A DNA stretch of 64,000 nucleotides, taken from positions 45,674-109,673 of the forward strand of contig MFUZ01000006.1 in NCBI GenBank assembly GCA_001785865.1. The letters run 5' to 3'. Position 1 is the first letter of the stretch. Each line of letters starts with the position of its first letter. The DNA is from Candidatus Nomurabacteria bacterium RIFCSPLOWO2_01_FULL_41_18. Lineage in GTDB: Bacteria > Patescibacteriota > Minisyncoccia > Phycocordibacterales > UBA9973. The notes under the pieces were generated by a model. The model was not told the DNA's origin and did no database searches. It saw only the letters and a program-made list of their open reading frames with translations. The position numbers and the translations under genes are program-made. This document shows, piece after piece, positions 38,967-48,075 of the stretch.

Positions 38967-39656
38967 ATGAAAACTGTAGGAATAATTGGTGGTCTTGGAC
39001 CAGAAACAACGTCTGAATTTTATTTAGAACTAATTTTCTCGTGTCGAAAAATAAATCGAATTAATTATCCACATATTTTAATAAATAGTATTCCTTTACC
39101 ATTTAACATAGAAGAGAGTGCAATTGCTGAGGGAGTGGGAGAGGAAAAATGTTTACCATATCTTATTGATTCCGCAAAGAGCTTAGAAAAAGCTGGTGCT
39201 AATTTTTTAGTACTACCATGTAACTCTCTACATGTATTTATAAATGATATTAGAAATGCAGTAAAAATTCCTGTTTTGAGTATTTTAGAGGAAACTGCTA
39301 AATTTCTGAAAAATGAAGGAGTAGGAAAAGTTGGGATTATAGCCACTCCGATAACAATTAGAAATAAACTATATGAAAAATTCTTAACAAGGGGTGGAAT
39401 TAGACAAATAACGCCTGACAGTCTTCAGCAAGCCAAAATAGGAAAATTAATTCACAATCTTGTTTCAAATAGATATGACAATAGAGATAGAGAGCTATTA
39501 ATAAAAATAATTGAAGATTTTGCTAAAGGAAAAGTTGAGCATGTTATTTTAGCTTGCACAGATTTGCAATTATTAATGCCTCAACATAATGATATAAAAA
39601 TCTATGACACAATGAAAATTTTAGCTGATGCAACAGTAAAGAAAATTGTGTCGTAA
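38967..39656 (+). CDS. Aspartate/glutamate racemase family protein
   Basis: GIIGGLGPETT; catalytic cysteines in PCNS and LACTD. Confidence 0.92.
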   Translation: MKTVGIIGGLGPETTSEFYLELIFSCRKINRINYPHILINSIPLPFNIEESAIAEGVGEEKCLPYLIDSAKSLEKAGANFLVLPCNSLHVFINDIRNAVKIPVLSILEETAKFLKNEGVGKVGIIATPITIRNKLYEKFLTRGGIRQITPDSLQQAKIGKLIHNLVSNRYDNRDRELLIKIIEDFAKGKVEHVILACTDLQLLMPQHNDIKIYDTMKILADATVKKIVS

Positions 39657-39662
39657 AAATCC

Positions 39663-39690
39663 TTGCATTTTTGTGTGGATATGCTATATT
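39663..39690 (+). promoter_or_regulatory. Sigma70 promoter for the Phe-leader transcript
   Basis: TTGCAT-16 nt-TATATT with extended TGn; predicted +1 falls at or next to the GTG at 39697. Confidence 0.65.
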
Positions 39691-39696
39691 CTAACC

Positions 39697-39777
39697 GTGA
39701 ATAAAAACATACAAGCAAATAGTTATTTCTTTTTCGGCTTTAGCCACAACTTTAGAAGGCTGATATTTGCGCTGTAA
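39697..39777 (+). CDS. Phe-rich attenuator leader peptide (PheL/PheM-like)
   Basis: MNKNIQANSYFFFGFSHNFRRLIFAL*; 6 Phe codons; alternative 1:2, 2:3 and 3:4 pairings are present. Confidence 0.7.
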   Translation: MNKNIQANSYFFFGFSHNFRRLIFAL

Positions 39778-39806
39778 AAATACTTAAAACAAAAACTTAC
39801 AACTCA

Positions 39807-39842
39807 AACACCAGCCTTCGGAAGGGCTGGTGTTCTCGTTTT
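39807..39842 (+). terminator. Attenuator terminator (3:4 hairpin)
   Basis: aacaccagcctt-cgga-agggctggtgtt-ctcgtttt. Confidence 0.75.
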
Positions 39843-39892
39843 GCGGGGATAGTAGTACAACAATAAACTTGGTCGTTGAAAACAAAAAACTT

Positions 39893-40192
39893 ATGCCTAT
39901 TAGCAACAGACTACTCAGTGGACCCTCGTTTGGTATTTTGACAGATGTGAGGGTGAAAAAGAAAAGCATCTCTACAACACCCAGGCCAGAAAAATTCAAG
40001 CTCGTCGCGGATTTTAAAACAGGAAGTGGGGTAACGGTCAAACGAGACACGATCGGTATCTCTATTCCACATAAACCGCAGGATTGGATGACGGTTGCTG
40101 TGTGGGTGCCAAAAGATTTTGTCAGGCTTAAAATTCCCTGCAAGCCTGGAGAAATCGTTATTCGACGAGTTTTGGTTGAGTCAGTGGCTTAA
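39893..40192 (+). CDS. Hypothetical ~99-aa protein downstream of the Phe attenuator
   Basis: ORF between the attenuator and a strong terminator; no recognised family. Confidence 0.5.
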   Translation: MPISNRLLSGPSFGILTDVRVKKKSISTTPRPEKFKLVADFKTGSGVTVKRDTIGISIPHKPQDWMTVAVWVPKDFVRLKIPCKPGEIVIRRVLVESVA

Positions 40193-40228
40193 CCAAATGG
40201 CTACAATATCGCGTCCATAGCCAGACGC

Positions 40229-40273
40229 AAAACGGCGGACGTTCTCATTGAGAGCGCCCGCCGTTTTATTTTT
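40229..40273 (+). terminator. Intrinsic terminator
   Basis: aaaacggcggacgttctc-att-gagagcgcccgccgtttt-attttt. Confidence 0.8.
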
Positions 40274-40315
40274 ATACTGTTTTTATTTTAAAGTTTGTGA
40301 TAAACTATTTTTAAT

Positions 40316-41650
40316 ATGCAAAACAGAATATATATTAAAGATTTAAAGGAAAATACAGGTAAAGAAATCATTATTGCTGGGTGGGTGGACGTGAGAAGGG
40401 ATCAGGGGAAAATGGTGTTTTTTGATATGCGAGACATGACTGGAAAGGTGCAATGTGTGGCATTGCCTAGCAGGGCGGAAGTGATAGAAAAAGCAAAAGA
40501 AATTCGCCCTGAATGGGTTTTGAAAATTACTGGTCTTGTGAATAAACGTCCACCGAAAAATGTAAAAGCTGGGGCATTAAATGGGGATGTGGAGTTGGAA
40601 GTGACTGGGATTGAAGTTCTCTCAAAGACTACTGAGATACCTTTTGAACTTAATGAATCAGTGAACCTAGATACTCACCTCGACAATCTTCCATACACGA
40701 TACGTTCAGAACGTTCAAAAGATATTTTTACTATGCAATCCAGCATTTTAGAAGCATATCGTTCTTCACTTCGTTCTCAAGGATTTACTGAATTTATGTC
40801 TCCGGGGATTGTGGGAGGGGATGCTGAAGGCGGGTCTGCTGTTTTTAAAGTGGATTATTTTAAGGATCATAAAGCATATTTGGCGACGAGTCCGCAGTTT
40901 TATAAACAAATAATGGTTGGTGCTTTTGAACGTGCATGTACTATTGCTAAAGTATTTCGTGCTGAAAAAAGTGCAACGACTAGACATTTGAGTGAAATAA
41001 CTCAGATGGATTTTGAAATGGGTTTTGTTGAAAACGAGAGAGATGCTATGAAAGTTCTTGAGAATGCTGTTCGCGATACTGTGAATACTGTAGGGAAATT
41101 GCATAACGATATTTTTACGCGTTTTAATACGACTGTACCTCTAATTCCTGCTGAAATTCCAATATTTACTTTAGCTGAAGCACAAGATCTTGTTGCGAAA
41201 GAATTTAATCGCACTATTGAAGACACTAACGATATGTCACCGGAAGATGAACGTCAACTTTGTGAATACGTAAAGAAAAATCTTAAATCTGATTTTGTTT
41301 TTATCACTAGATTTCCCACAAAGAAGCGCGCTTTTTATACTTACGAAGAACCAAGTGAAGCACCTTTTTCTCGCGGTTTCGACTTGCTTTTCCGAGGATT
41401 GGAAATAAACAGCGGAGCGCAACGAATACATAATCATGAAGACCTCGTAAGACGTATCGTAGAAAGGGGCATGGATCCAGAAAAGTTTTCATATTATCTA
41501 CAAACATTCAAAGTTGGTATGCCTCCGCACGCTGGGTCATCTACTGGCTTGGAACGTTTTACTGCTAGGATGCTTGAGGTTACTAATGTCAAAGAAGCGA
41601 CGGCGTTTCCTAGAGACATGACTCGCATAGATACTAGGCTTTCAGAGTAA
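40316..41650 (+). CDS. aspS: Aspartate--tRNA ligase, archaeal-type (probably non-discriminating)
   Basis: GWVDVRRDQG; AYLATSPQFYKQ; FRAEKS.T.RHL.E; EINSGAQR; GMPPHAG..GLER. 444 aa with no GAD insert. Confidence 0.9.
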   Translation: MQNRIYIKDLKENTGKEIIIAGWVDVRRDQGKMVFFDMRDMTGKVQCVALPSRAEVIEKAKEIRPEWVLKITGLVNKRPPKNVKAGALNGDVELEVTGIEVLSKTTEIPFELNESVNLDTHLDNLPYTIRSERSKDIFTMQSSILEAYRSSLRSQGFTEFMSPGIVGGDAEGGSAVFKVDYFKDHKAYLATSPQFYKQIMVGAFERACTIAKVFRAEKSATTRHLSEITQMDFEMGFVENERDAMKVLENAVRDTVNTVGKLHNDIFTRFNTTVPLIPAEIPIFTLAEAQDLVAKEFNRTIEDTNDMSPEDERQLCEYVKKNLKSDFVFITRFPTKKRAFYTYEEPSEAPFSRGFDLLFRGLEINSGAQRIHNHEDLVRRIVERGMDPEKFSYYLQTFKVGMPPHAGSSTGLERFTARMLEVTNVKEATAFPRDMTRIDTRLSE

Positions 41651-41690
41651 ATATACGTATTCGTATACGTATATAAATAAGTATAAGTAA

Positions 41691-42032
41691 ATGAATTATA
41701 TAATTAAGGGTATTGTTATAATAGGTGATGGATACGGCAGAAAAATTGGATTTCCGACAGTGAATTTGGAAACTGAACAAGAGGGGATTTATGCGGAAGG
41801 AGTCTACTCAGGGAGTGCTATATTAGATGGAAAGAAATACAAAGCGGGAATTGTGATAGGGCCCAAAATTGAATCAAAGAATAAAGTAGAAGCACATTTG
41901 ATAGGGTATAGTGGAGATGCATATGGAAAAGAAGTGACTTTAGAAACAAAAAGTTTTTTGAGAGAATACAAAAAATTTTATACAGAGTCAGAATTAATAG
42001 CGCAGATTAAAGAAGATTTAAAATTATGTTAA
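41691..42032 (+). CDS. Stand-alone riboflavin kinase (RibF C-terminal domain only)
   Basis: G.V..GDG.GRKIGFPT.N; GVY; EAHL..YSGD.YG; FLR..KKF.....L..QI..D. Confidence 0.9.
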   Translation: MNYIIKGIVIIGDGYGRKIGFPTVNLETEQEGIYAEGVYSGSAILDGKKYKAGIVIGPKIESKNKVEAHLIGYSGDAYGKEVTLETKSFLREYKKFYTESELIAQIKEDLKLC

Positions 42033-42952
42033 AAGATTACACAGGTCCTATTTTTATTTTAATTGCAGCGACGCTTTGGGCGTTTGATGGGCTGATTCGT
42101 CAACATTTATATTCACTACCGCCAATTACTATAATATTCTTCGAGCATTTGATTGGCTTAATAATTTTATCTCCATTTGTTTTTAAGTATGTTTTCAAAA
42201 CCAAACTTTCCAGCCGAGAATGGTGGCTCGTTGTTTTAATTGCAATTTTGAGTGGGCTTTTTGGGACATTGTGGTTTACAACTGCTCTTGGCAAAGTACA
42301 TTTTATTTCTATTTCAGTGGTGTTTCTTTTACAAAAACTTCAGCCCATATTTGCCATCACTACAGCAAGAATCTTTTTGAAAGAAAAGCTCGACCAGAGA
42401 TACATAAAATGGGCAGTGCTTGCGTTAGTAGCTGCTTATTTTGTGACATTCAAAAATGGATATGTGAATTTTGCAACAGGTGAGGGGACTATTATCGCCG
42501 CCCTGTATGCCCTCGGTGCGGCCTTTGCTTGGGGGTCTTCCACTACATTTTCCAAAATGCTTTTAGGAAAAGTGGATTTCAAAGTCAGTACTTTTTACAG
42601 ATTTCTGATTACTCTAGTTGTTGCTTTGCCACTTTTATTTTTATTTGGACATAATGCAGAAGTTGCAAGTTTGGCCATTCCAAATATTTCTCAATTTGGA
42701 TTTTTAGCACTTATCGCTGTATCTACAGGCATGGTTGCGCTTCTTATTTACTACAAAGGACTTGCAAAAACCCCTGTACATATTTCCACAATTTTGGAGC
42801 TAACTTTTCCTTTTGTAGCTATTTTATTAGATTTTATTGTAAATCACACAATACTTTCTGTCACCCAATGGATTGCGGCAATAGTGCTCGTATTTAGTAT
42901 TTATCAAATTGCTAGATTGCGAGAGAATTTTTCAAATGGATCTACTCAATAA
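42026..42952 (+). CDS. DMT/EamA family transporter
   Basis: About 10 TM helices; LQPIF......FLKE; YYKGL..TP....TILEL..P. Confidence 0.9.
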   Translation: MLKDYTGPIFILIAATLWAFDGLIRQHLYSLPPITIIFFEHLIGLIILSPFVFKYVFKTKLSSREWWLVVLIAILSGLFGTLWFTTALGKVHFISISVVFLLQKLQPIFAITTARIFLKEKLDQRYIKWAVLALVAAYFVTFKNGYVNFATGEGTIIAALYALGAAFAWGSSTTFSKMLLGKVDFKVSTFYRFLITLVVALPLLFLFGHNAEVASLAIPNISQFGFLALIAVSTGMVALLIYYKGLAKTPVHISTILELTFPFVAILLDFIVNHTILSVTQWIAAIVLVFSIYQIARLRENFSNGSTQ

Positions 42953-43292
42953 AAAATGTGTGCCGTGTGAAGGGGGAGCGAAGCCTTTAAATCATGAGGA
43001 GATTTTGAATTATATGAGTGAGGTATCTGGCTGGAAATTGACAGAAGATCAGAGTCCAAATTCCCAGAAATTTGGCTTAGGCGCAAAAATTTCTAAGGAA
43101 TTTAAATTTAAAGATTTTATAGGAGCGATAAATTTTGTTAATTCTGTATCCGAAATTGCCGAATCAGAAGGCCACCATCCAGATATTCATATACATTACA
43201 ACAAAGTTCTGCTCGAACTTTCCACTCACGCTATAGGCGGACTTTCCGAAAATGATTTTATTCTTGCGGCGAAGATTGATGTAAGTAAATAA
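42936..43292 (+). CDS. Pterin-4a-carbinolamine dehydratase
   Basis: KCVPCEGG; AESEGHHPDI; THAIGGLSENDFILAAKID. Confidence 0.93.
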   Translation: MDLLNKKCVPCEGGAKPLNHEEILNYMSEVSGWKLTEDQSPNSQKFGLGAKISKEFKFKDFIGAINFVNSVSEIAESEGHHPDIHIHYNKVLLELSTHAIGGLSENDFILAAKIDVSK

Positions 43293-43295
43293 AGT

Positions 43296-43862
43296 ATGAA
43301 ATCTGATGAATTAAAAAATGTAGAAGAAGAAAATTTCAAGATAGAAGATGCGAAGCCTGAAGACGTAGAAGCGATAAGAGCTATTGTGAAAGATGCTTGG
43401 CTTGAGATTTATCCAAATGAAAAATATGGGATCACGACTGAAGATATTTCTGCTATCGATTGGTTTAATTCAGAAAGTTTGGCGACAAGGAGAAAAGAAA
43501 TTATTGAAAATAAAGATACTGTACATACTTTTGTTTTTAAAAATGATAAAAAAGAAATCGTTGGATTTTGTAAAGTTTTGAAATTTAAAGATTATGGAGA
43601 AATAGATGCGATGTATGTAATACCAGAGCTCCAAAGACGTGGTTTAGGTAAAAAACTATTGCTAAAAGGACTTGAATGGTTAGGGTCAGATTTAAGTATT
43701 AGGTTGGTAGTTGTAAAATACAATTTTAATGCAATTGAATTTTATAAAAAATTTGGTTTCAAAGAAACTGGAAATAAAGTTGTTTACGAGGGAACACAAC
43801 TTTCAAGCGGGAAAGATATCCCTAGAATTGAAATGATAAAAAAAGCTACTTTAGTCAACTAA
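43296..43862 (+). CDS. GNAT family N-acetyltransferase
   Basis: MYV.PELQRRGLGKKL; N..AIEFYKKFGF. Confidence 0.9.
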   Translation: MKSDELKNVEEENFKIEDAKPEDVEAIRAIVKDAWLEIYPNEKYGITTEDISAIDWFNSESLATRRKEIIENKDTVHTFVFKNDKKEIVGFCKVLKFKDYGEIDAMYVIPELQRRGLGKKLLLKGLEWLGSDLSIRLVVVKYNFNAIEFYKKFGFKETGNKVVYEGTQLSSGKDIPRIEMIKKATLVN

Positions 43863-43939
43863 AGTAAAGAGTGAGGTGTGGATAACTTTAATTAATTAAA
43901 ATAAGTGTATTTGAAAGATTAAAAATCTTATAGATAAAA

Positions 43940-43974
43940 AATAAAAAGAGCGGGCCATTCTGTTTGGCCCGCTC
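43940..43974 (-). terminator. Intrinsic terminator
   Basis: Minus strand gagcgggcca-aacagaa-tggcccgctc-tttttatttt. Confidence 0.8.
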
Positions 43975-44114
43975 ATGATTGGATCACATCCATTTTATCG
44001 TCGACCGATACCGGAGCGGCGAATACAGGGAGTGACATGTTGGTAAGTCATAACCCAAAACCTTTTGTCGTGAATTAAGACCCTTTGTCATGTTTCGCCT
44101 GTATCAGGAGACCC
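43940..44114 (-). ncRNA. Candidate structured ncRNA (alternatively a 35-aa sORF at 43984-44091)
   Basis: Minus-strand TTGACA (44148-44143), 16 nt, TAAGAT; long irregular hairpin; ends in terminator 43948-43974 plus U-tract. Confidence 0.4.
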
Positions 44115-44144
44115 AAAATCATCTTACTTTTTAATGACATAATG

Positions 44145-46661
44145 TCAATTTTTATTCAAAAACTTCTCTATTTCCCTCCCATCCCTTTTAAGCCATGCGA
44201 CGTTGCCTTCGAGGTGCTCTAGGACTTGCTGGATTGAACGTTTGGCGCCGGGGGCATCGTGGGTGGTAAAGAATTTTTTAAAAGATTTTAGATGCTTTTC
44301 CTCTGCACTGCCAGCTATGGCTTTGACTAGTCGCGCGAGCGTATGCCCGCCGTCGCCATAACGCGTTACAAGCGTTTTCCAATTTTTTTGCACAAAGTTT
44401 AGCCAGATATCCCGTCCCATAGGATTTACTCCCACAGATGAGAGGATACCGATGGTGTCTTGGGTCCGCACATCATTGCTGAAGGCGAATTCACAGGTGT
44501 GTTTTAATATCTTTTTATCTCGGAAATCTCCCAATGAGCCGCCGATCCTGTTTTTCTCTTCATGTAGAGTTTCTTTCTTGTATTTTTTAATGAATATATC
44601 GTACTCTTTTTTTGCGCTAAATTTGGCGATAATTAAATATACAGCTCTACGGATATCTGGATGTACATGTATATTTTTTTGCATTTTAACAAAGATTTTT
44701 TTTGCTTCATTTATTATTTTTTTATTGCCAGCGAGTCCAGCGCGAGAAATTGCAAGTGAACGAAGTAGGGTGTCAGTATGCATTTCATTTTTCTTCTTTT
44801 TCCAGCCTAATTTTATAGCCAGGGGAGAGAATAAATTTAAAATAAATCTATTCAAATTTCCCCGAAGACCGTCTTCGGGGAGGAGAGCTTCAATACGTCC
44901 GAGGCCCATTGCAAGCTCCAGCCAGACAGTGTAATTATCTTCTTTTTTATACGCCGACAAGAATTCTAGTGCATCCGTGGTAGGAATAGTCCCTGCTTCA
45001 GCAAGGGCAAAAAGGTCTCTAATAATACCAAGCCTATCGCGAGCAGACAGTGATTTATTTTCTACTGGTATTTTTAATTTTTCTAAAAGTTCTTTAGAAT
45101 ATGCCGTGCGATAAAAACCCGCTTCGCCAAAATTTACTTTATTTTGTTTAAAAATTATTGGAATTTCCCATTTAGTTTTACTTGCCCCGCTATGGCGTGG
45201 GTCTTTTGATTTTTTTGCTGATATCGGACTTGCAAAGAATCTTTTTTGAGAGAAATTTATTTTGCCTTTTATCATTTCTGCATGCACTACAGGATAGCCT
45301 GGCTTGCTCGTCCAATTATGCATCATCTGTGCAACAGGTTTTTTGGAAATTTTCTCAAAAGCTTGCCAAAGGTGCACAGTCTCAGTATTTTTGTAACTAT
45401 GTTTTTTTAAATAATATCGCAAGCCGTTTCTGAAATCTTTTTCTCCCAAGTAATCTGCAAGCATTCGGATAACTGACGCTCCTTTGGAATAAGAAACTTC
45501 ATCAAATATTTCGCCAATTTCATCAGGATGATGCACTGGTATTTCTATCGGATGAGTATGAAGAAGAGAATCTAGTCTAAGAGCTGTGCCGAGCTCGTTT
45601 GTGGAGAATTGGGTCCAGATGTCCCATTTTGGGAAAAGTTTATCTATAGCTAGATATTCTATATATGAAGCGAAGCCTTCATTGAGCCACAAGTGCGTCC
45701 ACCACTCCATCGTTACTAAATTACCGAACCATTGATGAGCTATCTCGTGGGCGATGACCAATGCCACCCATTGTTTATTTGAGAGGGAAGAATGATCTTC
45801 ATCAACCAAGAGCGCAGATTCGCGGTATGTGATTGCGCCCCAGTTTTCCATTGCTCCAGAAGTGAAGTCTGGAATGGCTATCATGTCGAGGACTGGCAGG
45901 GGATAAGGTATGTCAAAATATTTATCATAAAATTCTAAAGTTTTTACAGCGCAGTCAAGGGCAAATTTTGCTTGGTGTTTTTTACCCGGAGTGGTGAAAA
46001 CGCGGACTTGCACGTTGTTTTTTGTTTTAGATTCTAAATATTCAAAGTCACCAATAATAAATGCCAAAAGATAAGTGGACATTTTAGGAGTTGGGGAAAA
46101 TTTTATAATCTCATATCCAGCATCATGTTCACCAATCGAAACTGGTAAAGTATTTGAAATGGCTGTTTTGCCCTTTGGAACTATGAGTGAGACGTGGAAG
46201 ACTGCTTTTTGCGCCGGCTCGTCAAAACAAGGGAAAGCCCTCCGCGCATCTGTGGCTTCAAATTGCGTCGTGGCCATGTGGTATTCTTTTTCTGAAATAT
46301 TGTATTTACTTCTGTAAAACCCTCGCATTTTGTCATTGAGAATACCCTTAAAAACTAAAGTTAATTTTATTTTCCCTTTAGCAATATTTTTTTGGAATAA
46401 AAAAGTTGCTGTTTCTTTTTCTTCATCATAAGAAATTCTGCCGAAAACTTTCTCTTTATTAATTAAAACTTCTACTGTCTCAATTTCTAGTTCTTTTGAG
46501 TGGAGGGTTAATGATTTAGTAGGTTTTAAGATAGAAATATTTATCGTTTCAATACCTTGAAATGTGAAGTTGTGTAAATCTGGTTTCAACTGTATGTCGT
46601 ATTCTATAGGAACAACATTTCTAGACAATCGGACGTTCTTGGCAGTATTTTTCTTTTGCAT
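44145..46661 (-). CDS. pepN: M1 family aminopeptidase (PepN/puromycin-sensitive type)
   Basis: TQFE...ARRAFPCFDEP; GAMENWG; HEIAHQWFGN...WLNEG; YSKG. Confidence 0.93.
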   Translation of the reverse strand: MQKKNTAKNVRLSRNVVPIEYDIQLKPDLHNFTFQGIETINISILKPTKSLTLHSKELEIETVEVLINKEKVFGRISYDEEKETATFLFQKNIAKGKIKLTLVFKGILNDKMRGFYRSKYNISEKEYHMATTQFEATDARRAFPCFDEPAQKAVFHVSLIVPKGKTAISNTLPVSIGEHDAGYEIIKFSPTPKMSTYLLAFIIGDFEYLESKTKNNVQVRVFTTPGKKHQAKFALDCAVKTLEFYDKYFDIPYPLPVLDMIAIPDFTSGAMENWGAITYRESALLVDEDHSSLSNKQWVALVIAHEIAHQWFGNLVTMEWWTHLWLNEGFASYIEYLAIDKLFPKWDIWTQFSTNELGTALRLDSLLHTHPIEIPVHHPDEIGEIFDEVSYSKGASVIRMLADYLGEKDFRNGLRYYLKKHSYKNTETVHLWQAFEKISKKPVAQMMHNWTSKPGYPVVHAEMIKGKINFSQKRFFASPISAKKSKDPRHSGASKTKWEIPIIFKQNKVNFGEAGFYRTAYSKELLEKLKIPVENKSLSARDRLGIIRDLFALAEAGTIPTTDALEFLSAYKKEDNYTVWLELAMGLGRIEALLPEDGLRGNLNRFILNLFSPLAIKLGWKKKKNEMHTDTLLRSLAISRAGLAGNKKIINEAKKIFVKMQKNIHVHPDIRRAVYLIIAKFSAKKEYDIFIKKYKKETLHEEKNRIGGSLGDFRDKKILKHTCEFAFSNDVRTQDTIGILSSVGVNPMGRDIWLNFVQKNWKTLVTRYGDGGHTLARLVKAIAGSAEEKHLKSFKKFFTTHDAPGAKRSIQQVLEHLEGNVAWLKRDGREIEKFLNKN

Positions 46662-46683
46662 AAAGAAATGTTAACATATAAGG

Positions 46684-47427
46684 GTGGAAAGCCAAAATAA
46701 TCAGAGTTATACAATAAAAACGACCGGTTTCGAAGGGCCGTTTGGGCTACTTTTGGAGTTGATTGAAAAGCGTAAGCTTTTTATTAATGACGTTTCGCTT
46801 GCGATGGTGACAGAAGATTATCTCAAGCGTATGAACGAATTGGGTGGCTCTAATTCGATTCCTCCCGCGGAGATTGCTAGTTTTGTCCTTGTGGCTTCGA
46901 CTTTGATTTTGATTAAATCGAAATCACTTTTGCCGAATTTGGATCTAACAACAGAAGAACAGAGTGATATAAAAAGTCTGGAAGAGAGATTGCGTTTGTA
47001 CGAACTTTTTACAAAATTAGGAATAAATATAAAAAGCAATTTTGGAAAGAAAATAATTTTTGCGCCACTCGAAAGAAAGAACTCAACTTTAGTATTTTTA
47101 CCGGATGAGCAAATTACCAAAGACAGCATGATGATTTTCGCTCGCGATGTGTTAGGGGCTATGCCTAAAAAAGTATTTTTACCGGAAGTGGAAGTGCGAA
47201 AAGTCATCAGCATAGAAGAAATGCTGGATAAATTAGCAGATAGAATTAAAAATAGTTTAAAAATGAGTTTCAGAGAGTTTACAGGCAGTAGCAACAATAA
47301 AGAAGAAAAAGTCACTATGATAGTTGGTTTTCTTGCTATGCTAGAGCTTGTCAGGCAGGGGATTATGGATGCTACCCAAAGTGAAAATTTCCATGACATT
47401 ATGTTAGAAAAACGAGAAGAAATTTAA
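46684..47427 (+). CDS. scpA: Segregation/condensation protein A
   Basis: FEGP..LLL.LI; A.F...AS.L..IKS..LLP; FLAMLEL.RQG....Q...F.DI. Confidence 0.93.
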   Translation: MESQNNQSYTIKTTGFEGPFGLLLELIEKRKLFINDVSLAMVTEDYLKRMNELGGSNSIPPAEIASFVLVASTLILIKSKSLLPNLDLTTEEQSDIKSLEERLRLYELFTKLGINIKSNFGKKIIFAPLERKNSTLVFLPDEQITKDSMMIFARDVLGAMPKKVFLPEVEVRKVISIEEMLDKLADRIKNSLKMSFREFTGSSNNKEEKVTMIVGFLAMLELVRQGIMDATQSENFHDIMLEKREEI

Positions 47428-47433
47428 AAATTT

Positions 47434-47979
47434 ATGAATATAGAAAAAAAGATAGAAGCAATATTATTTTGGAAAGGGGAGCCTGTTTCTTTAAAGAGAC
47501 TTCAGGATATTTTGAAAGTTTCAAAAGAAGAAATTCTTGAAGCTGTTGCAAATTTGAAAGAAAATCTAGCGAATAGGGGAATAACGTTGCAAGAAAAGGA
47601 TAACGAAATAACGCTGGGTACTGCGCCAGAACTTTCTAAACTCATTGAGGATTTACAAAAAGAAGAATTAAATAAAGAACTTTCAAAGGCAAGCTTGGAA
47701 ACACTTTCCATCGTACTTTATAAAAATGGAGTGAGTAGGGCGGAGATTGATTATATCAGGGGAGTGAATTCTAGTTTTACTTTACGAGCTTTATCTGTTC
47801 GTGGATTAATAGAAAGAATTGTTGATCCAAAAGACAATAGACGTTTTATCTATAAGCCAAGTTTTGAACTCTTGTCTTATATGGGCATAAAGGGAGTAGA
47901 AGAATTGCCGGATTACGCTGAAGTTGCTAGTTCTATAAACGTTGCTGCTAAAAGTTTAGAGGAAGAAAATGAAATATAA
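47434..47979 (+). CDS. scpB: Segregation/condensation protein B
   Basis: IEAILF..GEP; LSKASLETLSIV.Y; R.EIDYIRGVNS. Confidence 0.95.
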   Translation: MNIEKKIEAILFWKGEPVSLKRLQDILKVSKEEILEAVANLKENLANRGITLQEKDNEITLGTAPELSKLIEDLQKEELNKELSKASLETLSIVLYKNGVSRAEIDYIRGVNSSFTLRALSVRGLIERIVDPKDNRRFIYKPSFELLSYMGIKGVEELPDYAEVASSINVAAKSLEEENEI

Positions 47980-48075
47980 AATATGAAATAACCTAATGGC
48001 AACGGCCGTGGTCATTGTGTTATTAGATAAAAATCTGAACACAGCAATAACAGACGGCCGTCCACTAATGCTAAA

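Noticed and set aside
41651..41674. Hairpin atatacgtat-tcgt-atacgtatat after aspS as a member of the ACGTAATAG palindrome family
   Set aside because: It shares only TACGTA, is AT-rich and has a loop; too weak to group with the others.
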